This document shows, piece by piece, positions 24,392 to 34,498 of a stretch of 64,000 nt of DNA (positions are counted from its first letter, which is position 1; every line of letters starts with the position of its first letter). The notes beneath the pieces were generated by a model, which saw only the letters and a program-made list of their open reading frames with translations, made no database searches and was not told the DNA's origin. The DNA comes from an uncultured delta proteobacterium. GTDB lineage: Bacteria; Myxococcota_A; Polyangia; Fen-1088. Both the position numbers and the translations under genes were made by a program. The DNA lies in contig CAVYGB010000004.1 of assembly GCA_963767925.1 (NCBI GenBank), forward strand, positions 84,371 to 148,370, given 5' to 3'.

Positions 24392-26434
24392 ATGTCCGCG
24401 CCAACGCTGCTCGCCGCCGATCTGGCCGCCCACGGGTTGCCGCCCGAACGGGCCGAGGCGCTGGTCCGCGCCCTGGCCGGGTGGCCCAGCGACCTGCCGG
24501 CCGAGCAGCGCTGGCAGCGCGCGATCGCCGAGGGCTGGTTGCACCCGGGCGTCCCCTTCGCCGTGCACCAGCAGGTCCACGACCACCTCTTCGCCGGCTG
24601 GGATCCGCGCCGCGGCCCCCCGCCCGCCTGGCTGCCCCGGCCCGAGGAGGCCGCCCGCACCAACATCGGCGCCCTGCTGGCCGAGCGGGGCTTCAGCGAC
24701 TACCAGCAGGCCCACGCCTGGTCGGTGGGCGAGCGGGCCGCCTTCTGGAAGTGGGCGCTCGATCGCCTGGGGCTGCACCTGCAGACCCCTCCCTCGCGCG
24801 TGCTCGACGACAGCCGGGGACCCGAACACCCGCGCTGGCTGGTGGGCGCCCGCTTCAACCTCGTCGCGAGCTGCCTGCAGGGCGACCCGGCCCGCCCCGC
24901 CATCGTGAGCGGTGGGCCCGACGGCACCCTGCACACCCTCACCGTCGGCGAGCTGGCCCGCGAGGTCGGGCGGGTGGCCGGCGCCCTGCGCGCGGCCGGC
25001 TTTCAGACCGGCGACGCCCTCGCCATCGACATGCCGATGAACGCCCAGGCGGTGGCGATCTACCTCGGCGTCGTCGCCGCCGGCATGGTGGTGGTCTCCA
25101 TCCCCGACGCCCTCGCCCCCGAGGAGGTGGCCACCCGCCTGCGCATCGCCCGCGCCGCCGGCCTGTTCACCGCCCGCGAGATCGAGCGGGCCGGCAAGCG
25201 CCTGCCCCTGTACACCAAGCTGCTGGCCATCGACCCGCCCCGCTGCATCGTCGTCGACGCCAGCGCCGCCGAGCTGCGCCCCGGGGACCTGCCCTGGCCC
25301 AGCTTCCTGGCCGCCGCCGCCTCAACCACCTTCGATCCGGTGCTGGGGGACGCCGACACGGTCACGAACATCCTGTTCTCCTCGGGCACCACCGGCGAGC
25401 CCAAGGCCATCCCCTGGACCCAGCTCCAGCCGCTCAAGTCGGCCATCGACGGGGCCCTGCACCTCGACGTGCAGGCGGGCGACGTGGTGGCCTGGCCGAC
25501 CAACCTCGGCTGGATGATGGGCCCCTGGCTCATCTACGCCAGCCTGCTCAACCGGGCCACCATGGCCCTTTACGCCGACGCCCCCACCGGCCGCGGCTTC
25601 GGCGACTTCGTGGCCCGGGCCCGGGTCAACGTGCTGGGGCTGGTCCCCTCGATCGTGAAGGCCTGGCGCAGCGACGACCGCATGGTCGGCGTCGACCTCT
25701 CGGCCATCAAGTGTTTCGGCTCGACCGGCGAGGCCTCGAGCCCGGTCGACTACCTCTACCTGATGATGCTGGCCGGCTACCGTCCGGTCATCGAATATTG
25801 CGGCGGCACCGAGATCGGCGGCGGCTACCTCACCGGCACCCTGGTGCAGCCCGCCTCGCCCGCCACCTTCTCCACCCCCGCCCTCGGCTCGGAGCTGGTT
25901 TTGCTCGACGAGGCCGGCCAGGTCAGCGACAACGGCGAGGTGTTCCTGGTGCCGCCCACCCTGGGCTACTCGCTCAGCCTGCTCAACCGGGACCACCACG
26001 AGGTCTACTTCGCCGGCGCGCCCGCCGGCCCCCGGGGCGAGCCGCTGCGCCGCCACGGCGATCAGATCGAACGGCTGGGAGGCGGCTACTACCGCGCCCT
26101 CGGCCGGGTCGACGACACCATGAACCTCGGCGGCATCAAGGTCAGCTCCGCCGAGATCGAGCGGGTGCTCGACACCGTCCCCGGCATCCAGCGCACCGCC
26201 GCCATCGCCATCGACCCGGCGGGCGGCGGCCCCAGCGAGCTCGTGATCTACGCCGTCACCGACGGCACCCGGGCCGACCGGGCCCCCCTGCTGGCCGACC
26301 TGCAGCAGGCGATCAAGACCCGCCTCAACCCGCTGTTCCGCATCGCCGATCTGGTCGTCGTCCCCAGCCTCCCCGTCACCCCCTCGAACAAGATCCTGCG
26401 CCGCGAGCTGCGCGCCAGCTACCGGCGCGGCTAG
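24392..26434 (+). CDS. AMP-forming acetyl/acyl-CoA synthetase
   Basis: LFSSGTTGEPK, YCGGTEIG, GRVDDTMNLGG, NKILRR. Confidence 0.9.
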   Translation: MSAPTLLAADLAAHGLPPERAEALVRALAGWPSDLPAEQRWQRAIAEGWLHPGVPFAVHQQVHDHLFAGWDPRRGPPPAWLPRPEEAARTNIGALLAERGFSDYQQAHAWSVGERAAFWKWALDRLGLHLQTPPSRVLDDSRGPEHPRWLVGARFNLVASCLQGDPARPAIVSGGPDGTLHTLTVGELAREVGRVAGALRAAGFQTGDALAIDMPMNAQAVAIYLGVVAAGMVVVSIPDALAPEEVATRLRIARAAGLFTAREIERAGKRLPLYTKLLAIDPPRCIVVDASAAELRPGDLPWPSFLAAAASTTFDPVLGDADTVTNILFSSGTTGEPKAIPWTQLQPLKSAIDGALHLDVQAGDVVAWPTNLGWMMGPWLIYASLLNRATMALYADAPTGRGFGDFVARARVNVLGLVPSIVKAWRSDDRMVGVDLSAIKCFGSTGEASSPVDYLYLMMLAGYRPVIEYCGGTEIGGGYLTGTLVQPASPATFSTPALGSELVLLDEAGQVSDNGEVFLVPPTLGYSLSLLNRDHHEVYFAGAPAGPRGEPLRRHGDQIERLGGGYYRALGRVDDTMNLGGIKVSSAEIERVLDTVPGIQRTAAIAIDPAGGGPSELVIYAVTDGTRADRAPLLADLQQAIKTRLNPLFRIADLVVVPSLPVTPSNKILRRELRASYRRG

Positions 26435-26459
26435 CAGCCCGCTGCTCGGTTCGGGCTGG

Positions 26460-28004
26460 CTACTGGCCGCCGGGCCAGGTCGCGCGCACGCCGACGGTGT
26501 CGGAGGTCTCGAGGCGGTCGGCGTACATGAAGGTGAGGAAGGCGGCGCCGACCGCGCCGGCGATGACCCAGGACCACCAGGGGGCACCCGGGCGCTTGCG
26601 GCGGGGGATGAACTCGGCCTGCTGCTTGGCCGCGCGCGCCTCGGGCAGGCCGCTGTCGCCGGTCTCCGGGGGCGGCGCGGTGGCCGAGGAGGGGGCCGCC
26701 GGGAGAACCCCGGGGGTCTCGGCGGATGGTTCCGGCGCGGCCGCCGGTCCGGGGGCCGGCGCCTGGGCCACCTTGGGGGAGGCCGGCCCCGCCGCCGTCG
26801 CTTCCAGGCCGGGCCCCGCCGCCCCGGGCGTGGTCCGCCGGGCCAGCGCCTCGACCCGGCCGCTCGTGCTGTCGAAGTCGGACTCGATGGGCGTGCCCGT
26901 GACCGCGCCCTTCTCGGCGTCGAAGAAGGAGATCTTCACCCGGTTGCCGGTCACCTGCAGCAGGACCAGCGTCTCGACCCGCGCGAGCTGCGACAGCCGC
27001 GACAGGGCCCCGGTGCGATCGGCCAGCTCGGCCTCGCTCATGCGCAGGCCCTTCATCTGCAGCTCGGCCTGCTCGATGCGGTCGTGGGCCCGCTGCACCA
27101 GGCGCAGCACCGTGCGCACCGGGCGGTCGGTGATCTCCACCGCCCGGAAGGCCTTCTTGTAGCCCTCCTTCTGCACCTCCACGAAGGCGATACCGCGCGG
27201 GACCTTCAGCGTCCGGGGCGTCACCCCGTCGCCGTGCAGGTTCACCGCCACCTGGGCGTTGGCCGGATCGCTGTCCACCTGCAGCTCGGTCACCGCCTCG
27301 CCCAGGGTGGCGTTGGCCACGTGTTTGTCCCAGATGTCCTGGGTCAGATCCGACGGCGGCAGCGACACGAGGCTGCGCAGCCGCCCGGCCGCCGAGGCCA
27401 GCCCGGCGGTGTTGCCGAGCTTGAGCTCGCACAGGATGAGGGTCGCGTACAGCCCCTTGAGGGGATCCCGCTCCTCGTCGAGCGACAGCGCCGCCAGCAA
27501 CATGGTCTCCGCCTCGCGCCCCAGCTTCACCGCCGCGGCGCAGTCGTCCGAGGCCCGCGCCCGGTGCGCCTCGCGCAGCACGCGGTAGGCGGCGTCGGCG
27601 GGACCTTCCCCCTGGGCCAGCAGCCGCCGGGCCACCGGATCTTCGATGGGCTGGCTGCCGGGCCGCAGCCGGGCGTACTCCTTCTCCACCTCGGTGACCA
27701 GCTTCTCGTGCTCCGGGCTGGGGTCGAGGTCGACGACCGCGAAGCGGGTCTGGGCCCCGGCGGGCGCGGGCCAGGCCGCGGCGGCGGCCGCCACCAGCAG
27801 CGCGGCCGCCGTCTTGACCGCCGACGTGGTCGCCGACGTGGTCGCCGACGTGGTCGCCGACCTGGTCGCCGTCCTGGTCGCCGTCCTGGTCGCCGTCCTG
27901 GTCGCCGTCCTGGTCGCCGTCCTGGTCGCCGTCCTGGTCGCCGTCCTGGTCGCCGTCCTGGCCGTCGCGATCGCCCGGCTCGTTCTCATGGTGGTCATGG
28001 TCAT
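26460..28004 (-). CDS. Exported PEGA-domain protein
   Basis: Signal-like LLVAAAAAAWPAPAGA; PEGA VDSDPANAQV..GVTP..KEGY; C-terminal WWSW-TM. Confidence 0.8.
   Translation of the reverse strand: MTMTTMRTSRAIATARTATRTATRTATRTATRTATRTATRTATRTATRSATTSATTSATTSAVKTAAALLVAAAAAAWPAPAGAQTRFAVVDLDPSPEHEKLVTEVEKEYARLRPGSQPIEDPVARRLLAQGEGPADAAYRVLREAHRARASDDCAAAVKLGREAETMLLAALSLDEERDPLKGLYATLILCELKLGNTAGLASAAGRLRSLVSLPPSDLTQDIWDKHVANATLGEAVTELQVDSDPANAQVAVNLHGDGVTPRTLKVPRGIAFVEVQKEGYKKAFRAVEITDRPVRTVLRLVQRAHDRIEQAELQMKGLRMSEAELADRTGALSRLSQLARVETLVLLQVTGNRVKISFFDAEKGAVTGTPIESDFDSTSGRVEALARRTTPGAAGPGLEATAAGPASPKVAQAPAPGPAAAPEPSAETPGVLPAAPSSATAPPPETGDSGLPEARAAKQQAEFIPRRKRPGAPWWSWVIAGAVGAAFLTFMYADRLETSDTVGVRATWPGGQ
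27818..27960. repeat. 12-bp coding tandem repeat, about 12 units
   Basis: gtcgccgtcctg about x8 plus gtcgccgacgtg variants; encodes (TATR)8(SATT)3 on the minus strand. Confidence 0.95.
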
Positions 28005-28333
28005 GATTGAAAAAATCTATTGAGCGCCCACACGTCCCGCGCGCGCAAGCCGTGAAAGCGGATGCCCATTCCGGGCGGGCGCCCGCCCGGGGCCCCGTCG
28101 CCCTGGTCGATCCAGCGGATCTCACCCGTCACCTCCACCGGCTCGGGCTGGGTCGGCACCTTGAACCGGACCTGCACCGGCGTCTGCTCGCGCAGCACCT
28201 CGGTCGTCTCCACGAACATGCCTCCCAGGGACACGTTGAGGCTCACCGCCCTGATCTGCTGGCCCTCCGCGCTGATTTCCACGTCGACCCGCCGGTCATA
28301 GCGTGGGTCCGTTCGGCGAAAGTGCTCAACCAA
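28001..28333 (-). CDS. PilZ domain protein
   Basis: RTDPR (RxxxR), NVSLGG, GMGIRF. Confidence 0.85.
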   Translation of the reverse strand: MVEHFRRTDPRYDRRVDVEISAEGQQIRAVSLNVSLGGMFVETTEVLREQTPVQVRFKVPTQPEPVEVTGEIRWIDQGDGAPGGRPPGMGIRFHGLRARDVWALNRFFQS

Positions 28334-28643
28334 CGCGGGCGTCTCCGGTGGCCATCGTGGAGAAACGAAGGCCCCGAGTCTAGGGGAACGCCCTCGGCGA
28401 AGCAATTGACGGGGCCGCGGGCCCCCTGCAGGGCGGCCGCCCCGGTAACGCCCTCGGGCGTCGCCCTGGTTCGCCGTGCCCCGGGGCCCACGACCCCGCC
28501 GCGCGCCGCCCTCTCGAGGTCCGCGAGCGTCCAGCACGTCGCGCGAAATAAAAACGACCGTCACTCCGCGCGAGTTCGGCGCACGAGGTGCTTGTTTGTC
28601 TTACCCATCGGCGTAAAGTTTGACGCGGTTCGGGGGGACCAGG

Positions 28644-30143
28644 ATGCACCAGCTGATAATCGAAGACTCCGCGGGGGCTGTGATCGTGGTTCCTCTCATG
28701 CACGCCCGCATCTCGGTCGGGCGGGGCAGGGGCAACGTCGTCCGACTGACCGACCAGAACGTCTCGCGCCGGCACGCGCGGCTGGTGCGCCAGAACGGAC
28801 GTTACCTGGTCGAGGACCTCGATAGCTTGACCGGCACCCGGATCAACGGCGCCCCGCTCACCGGGCCCACCCTCCTCGCCGAGGGGGATCAGGTCGGCAT
28901 CGGCGAATATCGCATCGCCGTGAAGGCCACCCGCGCGGTCCCCTCGCTCACCTTTCAGCCCAGCCTGCTGCCGGAGAGCCACTCGGCGTCTCGGGCCTGG
29001 GTGCGCGCGGCCCGACAGATGGTGCTCGGCCTGCTCGCCGCCTCCGTCCGGGCCCTGTCGCCCGAACACGTGGCGGCGCTCGCCCGTTCCTTCCGCGGCA
29101 GTCTGGCCCGGCCCGCCGGCGGCGCCACCCTGGCGCTCGGCTTGCCGATGCTGACCGACGATCCCTCGCCACCCCCGCCGGGCCCTCGCGGGCCTGATCG
29201 CCCCTCGCCCTTCCTGGTGCCGTCGCCCATGTTCTCGGGGACGCCAACTCCGGAGCCGCCGCCACCACCGCCGCGCGATCCGCCCCCCCGCCGGGCCCGG
29301 CTGCACGGCACCTTGCTGCTGGCAGGGGTGGCGGTGGTCATGGCGACCGCGGGGGCGCTGTTCGCCCCGCTCATGCGGGAAGGCGCGCCCGACGCCGCGC
29401 CGGAGGTCAGCCACCCGGCCGGGCCCGTCCCCTCGGCGTCGCCCGCCCTCCCGGCGCCGGCCGCGCCCGCGCCGCTCGTCCCGGCCGGGGATCCGCTGGC
29501 CGACGCGAAGAAGGCCTTCGCCCAGCGGCGCTGGTCGGATGCTCTGAACATCGTCCAGCGCGACGCCGCCCGCATGCCGGGGTCGAGCGAGCTGCAGCGG
29601 CTCCGCCGGGCCATCGTGGCCGAACACGAGAACGAGTCCACCTTGCAGGGGCTCAAGCGGGCCCTCGACTTCGAGGACTACCCGTCGGTGCTGCGAGCCT
29701 CCGCCAGCATCCCGGAGGGCAGCGTCTACCGGGACCGGGCCCAGGCGCTGGCCGAGGCCGCCCGCACCCACCTCGTGGTCCAGCACGTGACCGCCGGTGA
29801 GCGGTCGCGCGGCGAGGGCGACTGCCGGACCGCCGAGCAGGAAGCCCGCGCCGCCCTGGTGCTCGACCCGTCCAACCCCACCGCCGCCTCCCTGCTGGCC
29901 GTCTGTGCCCAGGCGCCGGCCCCCCGTCGCACCCGCCTGGCGGCGGCCCTCGCCCCCGCCGGCGAGCCGCCCCGCCGCCCCGCCGAGGCGCTCTTGCAGC
30001 GGGCCAGCGAGCGGTCGGGCGACCGGGCCGTCGTGCGCGCGCCCTTCGTGCGCCCCGCCGCGTCCATGTTGACCCAGCCGCCGCCCCGGCCGCCCCGGCG
30101 CCCCATCGATCCCCGGAATCCTTACGCCGCCGACCTTCCATGA
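28644..30143 (+). CDS. FHA-domain membrane protein
   Basis: VGR, VSRRHA, DLDSLTGT; Pro-rich linker; TM; helical C-terminus. Confidence 0.85.
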   Translation: MHQLIIEDSAGAVIVVPLMHARISVGRGRGNVVRLTDQNVSRRHARLVRQNGRYLVEDLDSLTGTRINGAPLTGPTLLAEGDQVGIGEYRIAVKATRAVPSLTFQPSLLPESHSASRAWVRAARQMVLGLLAASVRALSPEHVAALARSFRGSLARPAGGATLALGLPMLTDDPSPPPPGPRGPDRPSPFLVPSPMFSGTPTPEPPPPPPRDPPPRRARLHGTLLLAGVAVVMATAGALFAPLMREGAPDAAPEVSHPAGPVPSASPALPAPAAPAPLVPAGDPLADAKKAFAQRRWSDALNIVQRDAARMPGSSELQRLRRAIVAEHENESTLQGLKRALDFEDYPSVLRASASIPEGSVYRDRAQALAEAARTHLVVQHVTAGERSRGEGDCRTAEQEARAALVLDPSNPTAASLLAVCAQAPAPRRTRLAAALAPAGEPPRRPAEALLQRASERSGDRAVVRAPFVRPAASMLTQPPPRPPRRPIDPRNPYAADLP

Positions 30144-31069
30144 TCAGACTCGTCGCAAGCATCTTCCTGCTGCTGGCCACGCTGGCAGCGGCCAGCCCCC
30201 CCGCCCAGGCCCAGAGCGAACCCCCCGCCCGGGAGGCCTCCCGGCACTTCCAGCGGGGGGTCGATCTGTACAACGAGGGCGACATCCGGGGCGCGCTCGT
30301 CGAGTTCAAGCGGGCCTACCTGCTCCTGCCTCGCGCCACCGTCCTGTACAACATCGGCCAGGCCGAGTTCCAGCTCCAGGAGTACGCCTCGGCCCTGCGC
30401 ACCCTCGAGCGCTTCCTGACCGACACGGGCCCCAACGCCGCCCACCGGCCCGAGGTCCAGCAGACCGTCGAGGTGCTGCGCGGCCGGGTCGGGCAGATCG
30501 CCCTCACCAGCGACCCGGGCGGCTGTGAGGTCTCCATCGACGACCAGCCGGCCGGCACCACGCCGCTGCCCGAGCCGCTGCTGGTCTCGATCGGCCGGCG
30601 CAAGGTCTCCCTGCTGTGCGCGGGCTTGCCCCGGGCCACCCGCGACGTGGAGGTGGCGGCCGGTCAGACCGTGCGCCTCGATCTGAAGGTGGCCCCCTCC
30701 CCCCCGCCCGCCGCGCCCGCCCTGGCGACCGCGCCCACTCCCGCGCCGGCCCGCCGCCCGGTGGTCCGCCGGGGGACGGCGGCCTGGATCGTGGCCGCGG
30801 GCCTGACCGCGGCGACCATCGGCTCTTACACCGCCGCCATGATGGAGTCGCGGCAGCTCGACCACCTCCGTCGCATCTATCCCATCTCGGCCCGCCAGCT
30901 CGACGACCAGGCCCGCTTGACCTCCCGCCTCGCGCTGGTGGGCGACAGCTTCGCCGCCGGGGCGGTGGCCGCGGCCATCGTCGGCGGCTACCTGCGCTGG
31001 ACCAGCCCCGGGCGGGGCGCCGAGCTGAGCCTTTCCCCATCCGGGTTTCACTTGCAGGGGAGATTCTGA
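30140..31069 (+). CDS. Exported TPR/PEGA protein
   Basis: Signal peptide; ASRHFQRG..VLYNIGQ TPR; SDPGGCEVSIDD..GTTP PEGA. Confidence 0.85.
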   Translation: MIRLVASIFLLLATLAAASPPAQAQSEPPAREASRHFQRGVDLYNEGDIRGALVEFKRAYLLLPRATVLYNIGQAEFQLQEYASALRTLERFLTDTGPNAAHRPEVQQTVEVLRGRVGQIALTSDPGGCEVSIDDQPAGTTPLPEPLLVSIGRRKVSLLCAGLPRATRDVEVAAGQTVRLDLKVAPSPPPAAPALATAPTPAPARRPVVRRGTAAWIVAAGLTAATIGSYTAAMMESRQLDHLRRIYPISARQLDDQARLTSRLALVGDSFAAGAVAAAIVGGYLRWTSPGRGAELSLSPSGFHLQGRF

Positions 31070-32572
31070 ATGACAGGCGCGCCGCACGAGCTCCGACCGA
31101 TCCTCGCCATCGCCACCCTCGGCCTTTCCCTCGTCACGTCCTGCTCGTTCCTTGTCGACGCCGACAGCCGCCAGTGCCGGTCCGACGCCGACTGCGCCAT
31201 CTTCGCCAGCTACCCGGTGTGCCGCCAGGGCCTGTGCGTCGACTCGGGGCTGGGTCCGCCCGGCTGCTTCCGCAGCGTGCCGGAGACCCCGCTCGAGTTC
31301 GCCAACGCCTGCACCGCCGCCCGCTGCGTCCCCTTCGACAACTGCGCCCGCCTCAACCGCTGCGGCGGCGAGGGGCAGATCGGCAACGCGCTGACCCCGC
31401 CGGCCAGCCTCGGCGCCGTCCCCGCCCTGGTCAACCCCCAGCCCATCCCCACCATCAACTGCTCGGACGAGACGCGCCCCAACGTCATCTACGTGACCGG
31501 ATCGACGAACTTCCCGCCCCTGGTCAAGGCGGTGCAGCCCCTGCTCTCGGCCCGCGATCCCGCCTTCACCCTGGTGTTCCAGCCCCAGACCTCCTGCCGG
31601 GGCGCCGGCACCATGTTCGACCCCGACCGCAGCCGCCGCCTGATCCGCGACATCCCCAACAACTGGGCCTTCTTCTACGACGCCCGGGGGGTCAAGCAAT
31701 ATTGCCGCCTGAACCCCGACGGCAACGCCGTCGACGTCGGCCAGTCGGACGTGTACGCCCGCACCTGCGGCTTCGAGCCGGTGGCCGGGGTGGCCGACTA
31801 TCCCGGGCCCATCCAGGCCATCACCTTCGTGGTGCCCGCCGGATCGAGCCAGCGCTCGATCAGCGCCCAGGCCGCCCACCTGGTGTTCGGGGCGGGCGGG
31901 AGCAACGGCGCGGTCCCCCCCTGGAACGATCCCCGCCTGTTCTTCGTGCGCAGCCCGGGCACCGGCACCATCCAGCTCACCTCGCGCGCCATCGACGTGC
32001 CGCCCACCTCCTGGTGGGGCATCGATCGCCTCTCCTCGGACAACCTGCGCGACTCGATGGAGGGCATCGACCCCGCCTCGGCCGAGCAGGCCATCGGCGT
32101 CCTCTCCTCGGACTTCGCCGATCAGGCCCGGGCCAACCTGCGCATCCTGTATTTCCAGGGCGCCGGCCAGTCCTGCGGCTACCTGCCCGACTCGACGCCC
32201 ACCTCCTTCGACAAGGCCAACGTGCGCGACGGGCACTATCCCATCTGGGGGCCCATCCACCTCTACGCCACCACCACCAACGGCGTGCCGTCGCCCGCCG
32301 CCGACGCGCTGGTGACCCGCTTCTCGGTGCCCCGGCTCGAGCAGCGGCTGATCGAGGCGATCATCGAGGCGGGCTACATCCCGGCCTGCGCGATGCGGGT
32401 GCGGCGCGAGCAGGAGATGGGCCCCATGGTCTCGTTTCAGCCCCAGTTCGGCTGCGGCTGCTTTTACGACAGCCGGGTCAATGGGCGCTCGAGCTGCGAC
32501 ACCTGCGCCGGCCCCGGCGACTGTCCGAGCGCGCGGCCCGCCTGCAATTACGGCTTTTGCGAGGTGCAGTAA
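31070..32572 (+). CDS. Cys-rich lipoprotein with PstS/PBP2-like core
   Basis: Lipobox LVTSC; Cys clusters at both ends; VTGST, RSPGTGT and DGHYPIWGPIHLY resemble PstS-family motifs. Confidence 0.65.
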   Translation: MTGAPHELRPILAIATLGLSLVTSCSFLVDADSRQCRSDADCAIFASYPVCRQGLCVDSGLGPPGCFRSVPETPLEFANACTAARCVPFDNCARLNRCGGEGQIGNALTPPASLGAVPALVNPQPIPTINCSDETRPNVIYVTGSTNFPPLVKAVQPLLSARDPAFTLVFQPQTSCRGAGTMFDPDRSRRLIRDIPNNWAFFYDARGVKQYCRLNPDGNAVDVGQSDVYARTCGFEPVAGVADYPGPIQAITFVVPAGSSQRSISAQAAHLVFGAGGSNGAVPPWNDPRLFFVRSPGTGTIQLTSRAIDVPPTSWWGIDRLSSDNLRDSMEGIDPASAEQAIGVLSSDFADQARANLRILYFQGAGQSCGYLPDSTPTSFDKANVRDGHYPIWGPIHLYATTTNGVPSPAADALVTRFSVPRLEQRLIEAIIEAGYIPACAMRVRREQEMGPMVSFQPQFGCGCFYDSRVNGRSSCDTCAGPGDCPSARPACNYGFCEVQ

Positions 32573-32704
32573 GCACCTGGATACATCCTGCATACGTGTC
32601 GTCGATCGCGCCGGTTTCCCGCCATGCCGGCGCGTCGTTGCAATCTGAGACCAAACCGGGCTTGAGCTGACGGGCGTTGCAGAGGACTCTGACCGCGCAG
32701 CCCG

Positions 32705-34054
32705 ATGCCACCGACCTCTCGACGGACGAAGATCGTCACCACCCTGGGCCCCGCGCTCGATCGCCCCGGCGCGCTCGAGCGCCTGCTCGACGCCGGCGCC
32801 GACGTCCTGCGGGTCAACCTGTCGCACGCCGGCCCTGCCGAGCAGGCCGAACGGGTGCGCCGGGCCCGGGCCCACAAGCCCGGCATCGCCGTGCTCGCCG
32901 ACCTGGGTGGACCGAAGCTGCGGCTCGGCGACCTCGGCAGCGAGCAGCTCCACATCGAATCGGGCCAGAGCGTCGTGCTGGGCGAGGGGGGCATCCCGGT
33001 CGCCGATCCCACCTTGTACCAGCGGGTCCGCCCCGGCGATCCGATCTACATCTCCGACGGCACCATCCACCTCGAGGCCGTCTCGGTCGAGGACAAGCGC
33101 CTGGTGGGGAGGGTGGTGGTTGGGGGCGCCCTGCGCTCGCGCAACGGGATCAACCTGCCCTGCGACGGCTCCTCGCTGCCCTGCCTGACCGCCCGGGATC
33201 GGGTCCACCTGCGCGAGCTGGCCGCCGTCTCCCCCGACTACGTGGCCCTCTCTTACGTGCGCAGCGAGAGCGACGTCCAGGCCGCCCGGGAGCTGTGCGA
33301 CGTCCCCCTCATCGCCAAGATCGAGAAGCAGCAGGCGCTCGAGCGCATCGACGCCATCCTGGAGCTGGCCGACGCCATCATGGTGGCCCGCGGTGACCTC
33401 GGGGTGGAGATGCCGATCGAGAAGGTCCCCGCCGCCCAGAAGCGGATCATCAAGGCCGCCAACCTGGCCGGCCGCCCCGTCATCACCGCCACCCAGATGC
33501 TCGTGTCGATGGTGACCAACCCGATCCCCACCCGCGCCGAGGTCACCGACGTGGCCAACGCCGTGCTCGACGGCACCGACGCCGTCATGCTGTCCGAGGA
33601 GACGGCCATCGGCCGCGACTCAGCCGGCGTCGTGCACATGATGCAGCGGATCTGCCTCGAGACCGAGCCGCTGCTGCCCCTCCACCAGGGGCCCGGCCAC
33701 AACGGCGGGGCCAACGCCCTGGCCTACGCCGCCGCCAAGCTGGCCGAAGATCTCAACGCGACGGCCATCGTCGCCCCCACCCGCACCGGCATCAGCGCCC
33801 AGCGCCTGGCCGCCTACCGCCCCCACCGCCCCATCCTGGCCTACAGCCGCGTCCCCGAGACCACCCGCCGCCTGGCCCTGGTCTGGGGCGTGACGCCGAT
33901 CGACCTGGCCGTGCAGCCCGGCCAGGATCCGGTGGCGGCCACCCTCGAGGCCGCCCGCCGCGACCTCGGCGCCGGCGCCCGCATCGTCCTCCTCGACATC
34001 AACGGCACCGACACCCCCGGCGTCGCCTCCCTGGTCAACGCCATCACCCTGTAG
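32705..34054 (+). CDS. pyk: Pyruvate kinase
   Basis: RRTKIVTTLGP, AKIE, ARGDLG, ATQML, DAVMLSEETA. Confidence 0.96.
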   Translation: MPPTSRRTKIVTTLGPALDRPGALERLLDAGADVLRVNLSHAGPAEQAERVRRARAHKPGIAVLADLGGPKLRLGDLGSEQLHIESGQSVVLGEGGIPVADPTLYQRVRPGDPIYISDGTIHLEAVSVEDKRLVGRVVVGGALRSRNGINLPCDGSSLPCLTARDRVHLRELAAVSPDYVALSYVRSESDVQAARELCDVPLIAKIEKQQALERIDAILELADAIMVARGDLGVEMPIEKVPAAQKRIIKAANLAGRPVITATQMLVSMVTNPIPTRAEVTDVANAVLDGTDAVMLSEETAIGRDSAGVVHMMQRICLETEPLLPLHQGPGHNGGANALAYAAAKLAEDLNATAIVAPTRTGISAQRLAAYRPHRPILAYSRVPETTRRLALVWGVTPIDLAVQPGQDPVAATLEAARRDLGAGARIVLLDINGTDTPGVASLVNAITL

Positions 34055-34063
34055 CGGCCGCCC

Positions 34064-34445
34064 GCTCGGACGATGATCGGTGCACCTGGCAGATTGTTCG
34101 CCGGGACACCCGGCTCGGACGATGATCGGTGCACCTGGCAGATTGTTCGCCGGGACACCCGGCTCGGACGATGATCGGTGCACCTGGCAGATTGTTCGCC
34201 GGGACACCCGGCTCGGACGATGATCGGTGCACCTGGCAGATTGTTCGCCGGGACACCCGGCTCGGACGATGATCGGTGCACCTGGCAGATTGTTCGCCGG
34301 GACACCCTGTTCGGACGATGATCGGTGCACCTGGCAGATTGTTCGCCGGGACACCCGGCTCGGACGATGATCGGTGCACCTGGCAGATTGTTCGCCGGGA
34401 CACCCGGCTCGGACGATGATCGGTGCACCTGGCAGATTGTTCGCC
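34064..34445. repeat. 49-bp tandem repeat, about 7.8 copies, intergenic
   Basis: Unit gctcggacgatgatcggtgcacctggcagattgttcgccgggacacccg starts at 34064, 34113, 34162, 34211, 34260, 34309, 34358, 34407; two substitutions near 34308-34310. Confidence 0.97.
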
Positions 34446-34483
34446 CTCGCCCCGCGGCAGCGGGGAGAGGGTGGGGTGAGGGG
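34439..34483. repeat. REP-like palindrome
   Basis: 43/45 identical to the reverse complement of 14-58. Confidence 0.8.
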
Positions 34484-34498
34484 CTCTCCGGCGCCGGC

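Noticed and set aside
33620..34428. Repetitive ORFs across the 49-bp array
   Set aside because: By-products of the repeat, overlapping pyk antisense; no protein-like features.
34064..34445. CRISPR array
   Set aside because: Units are contiguous and near-identical with no unique spacers; no cas genes in the window.
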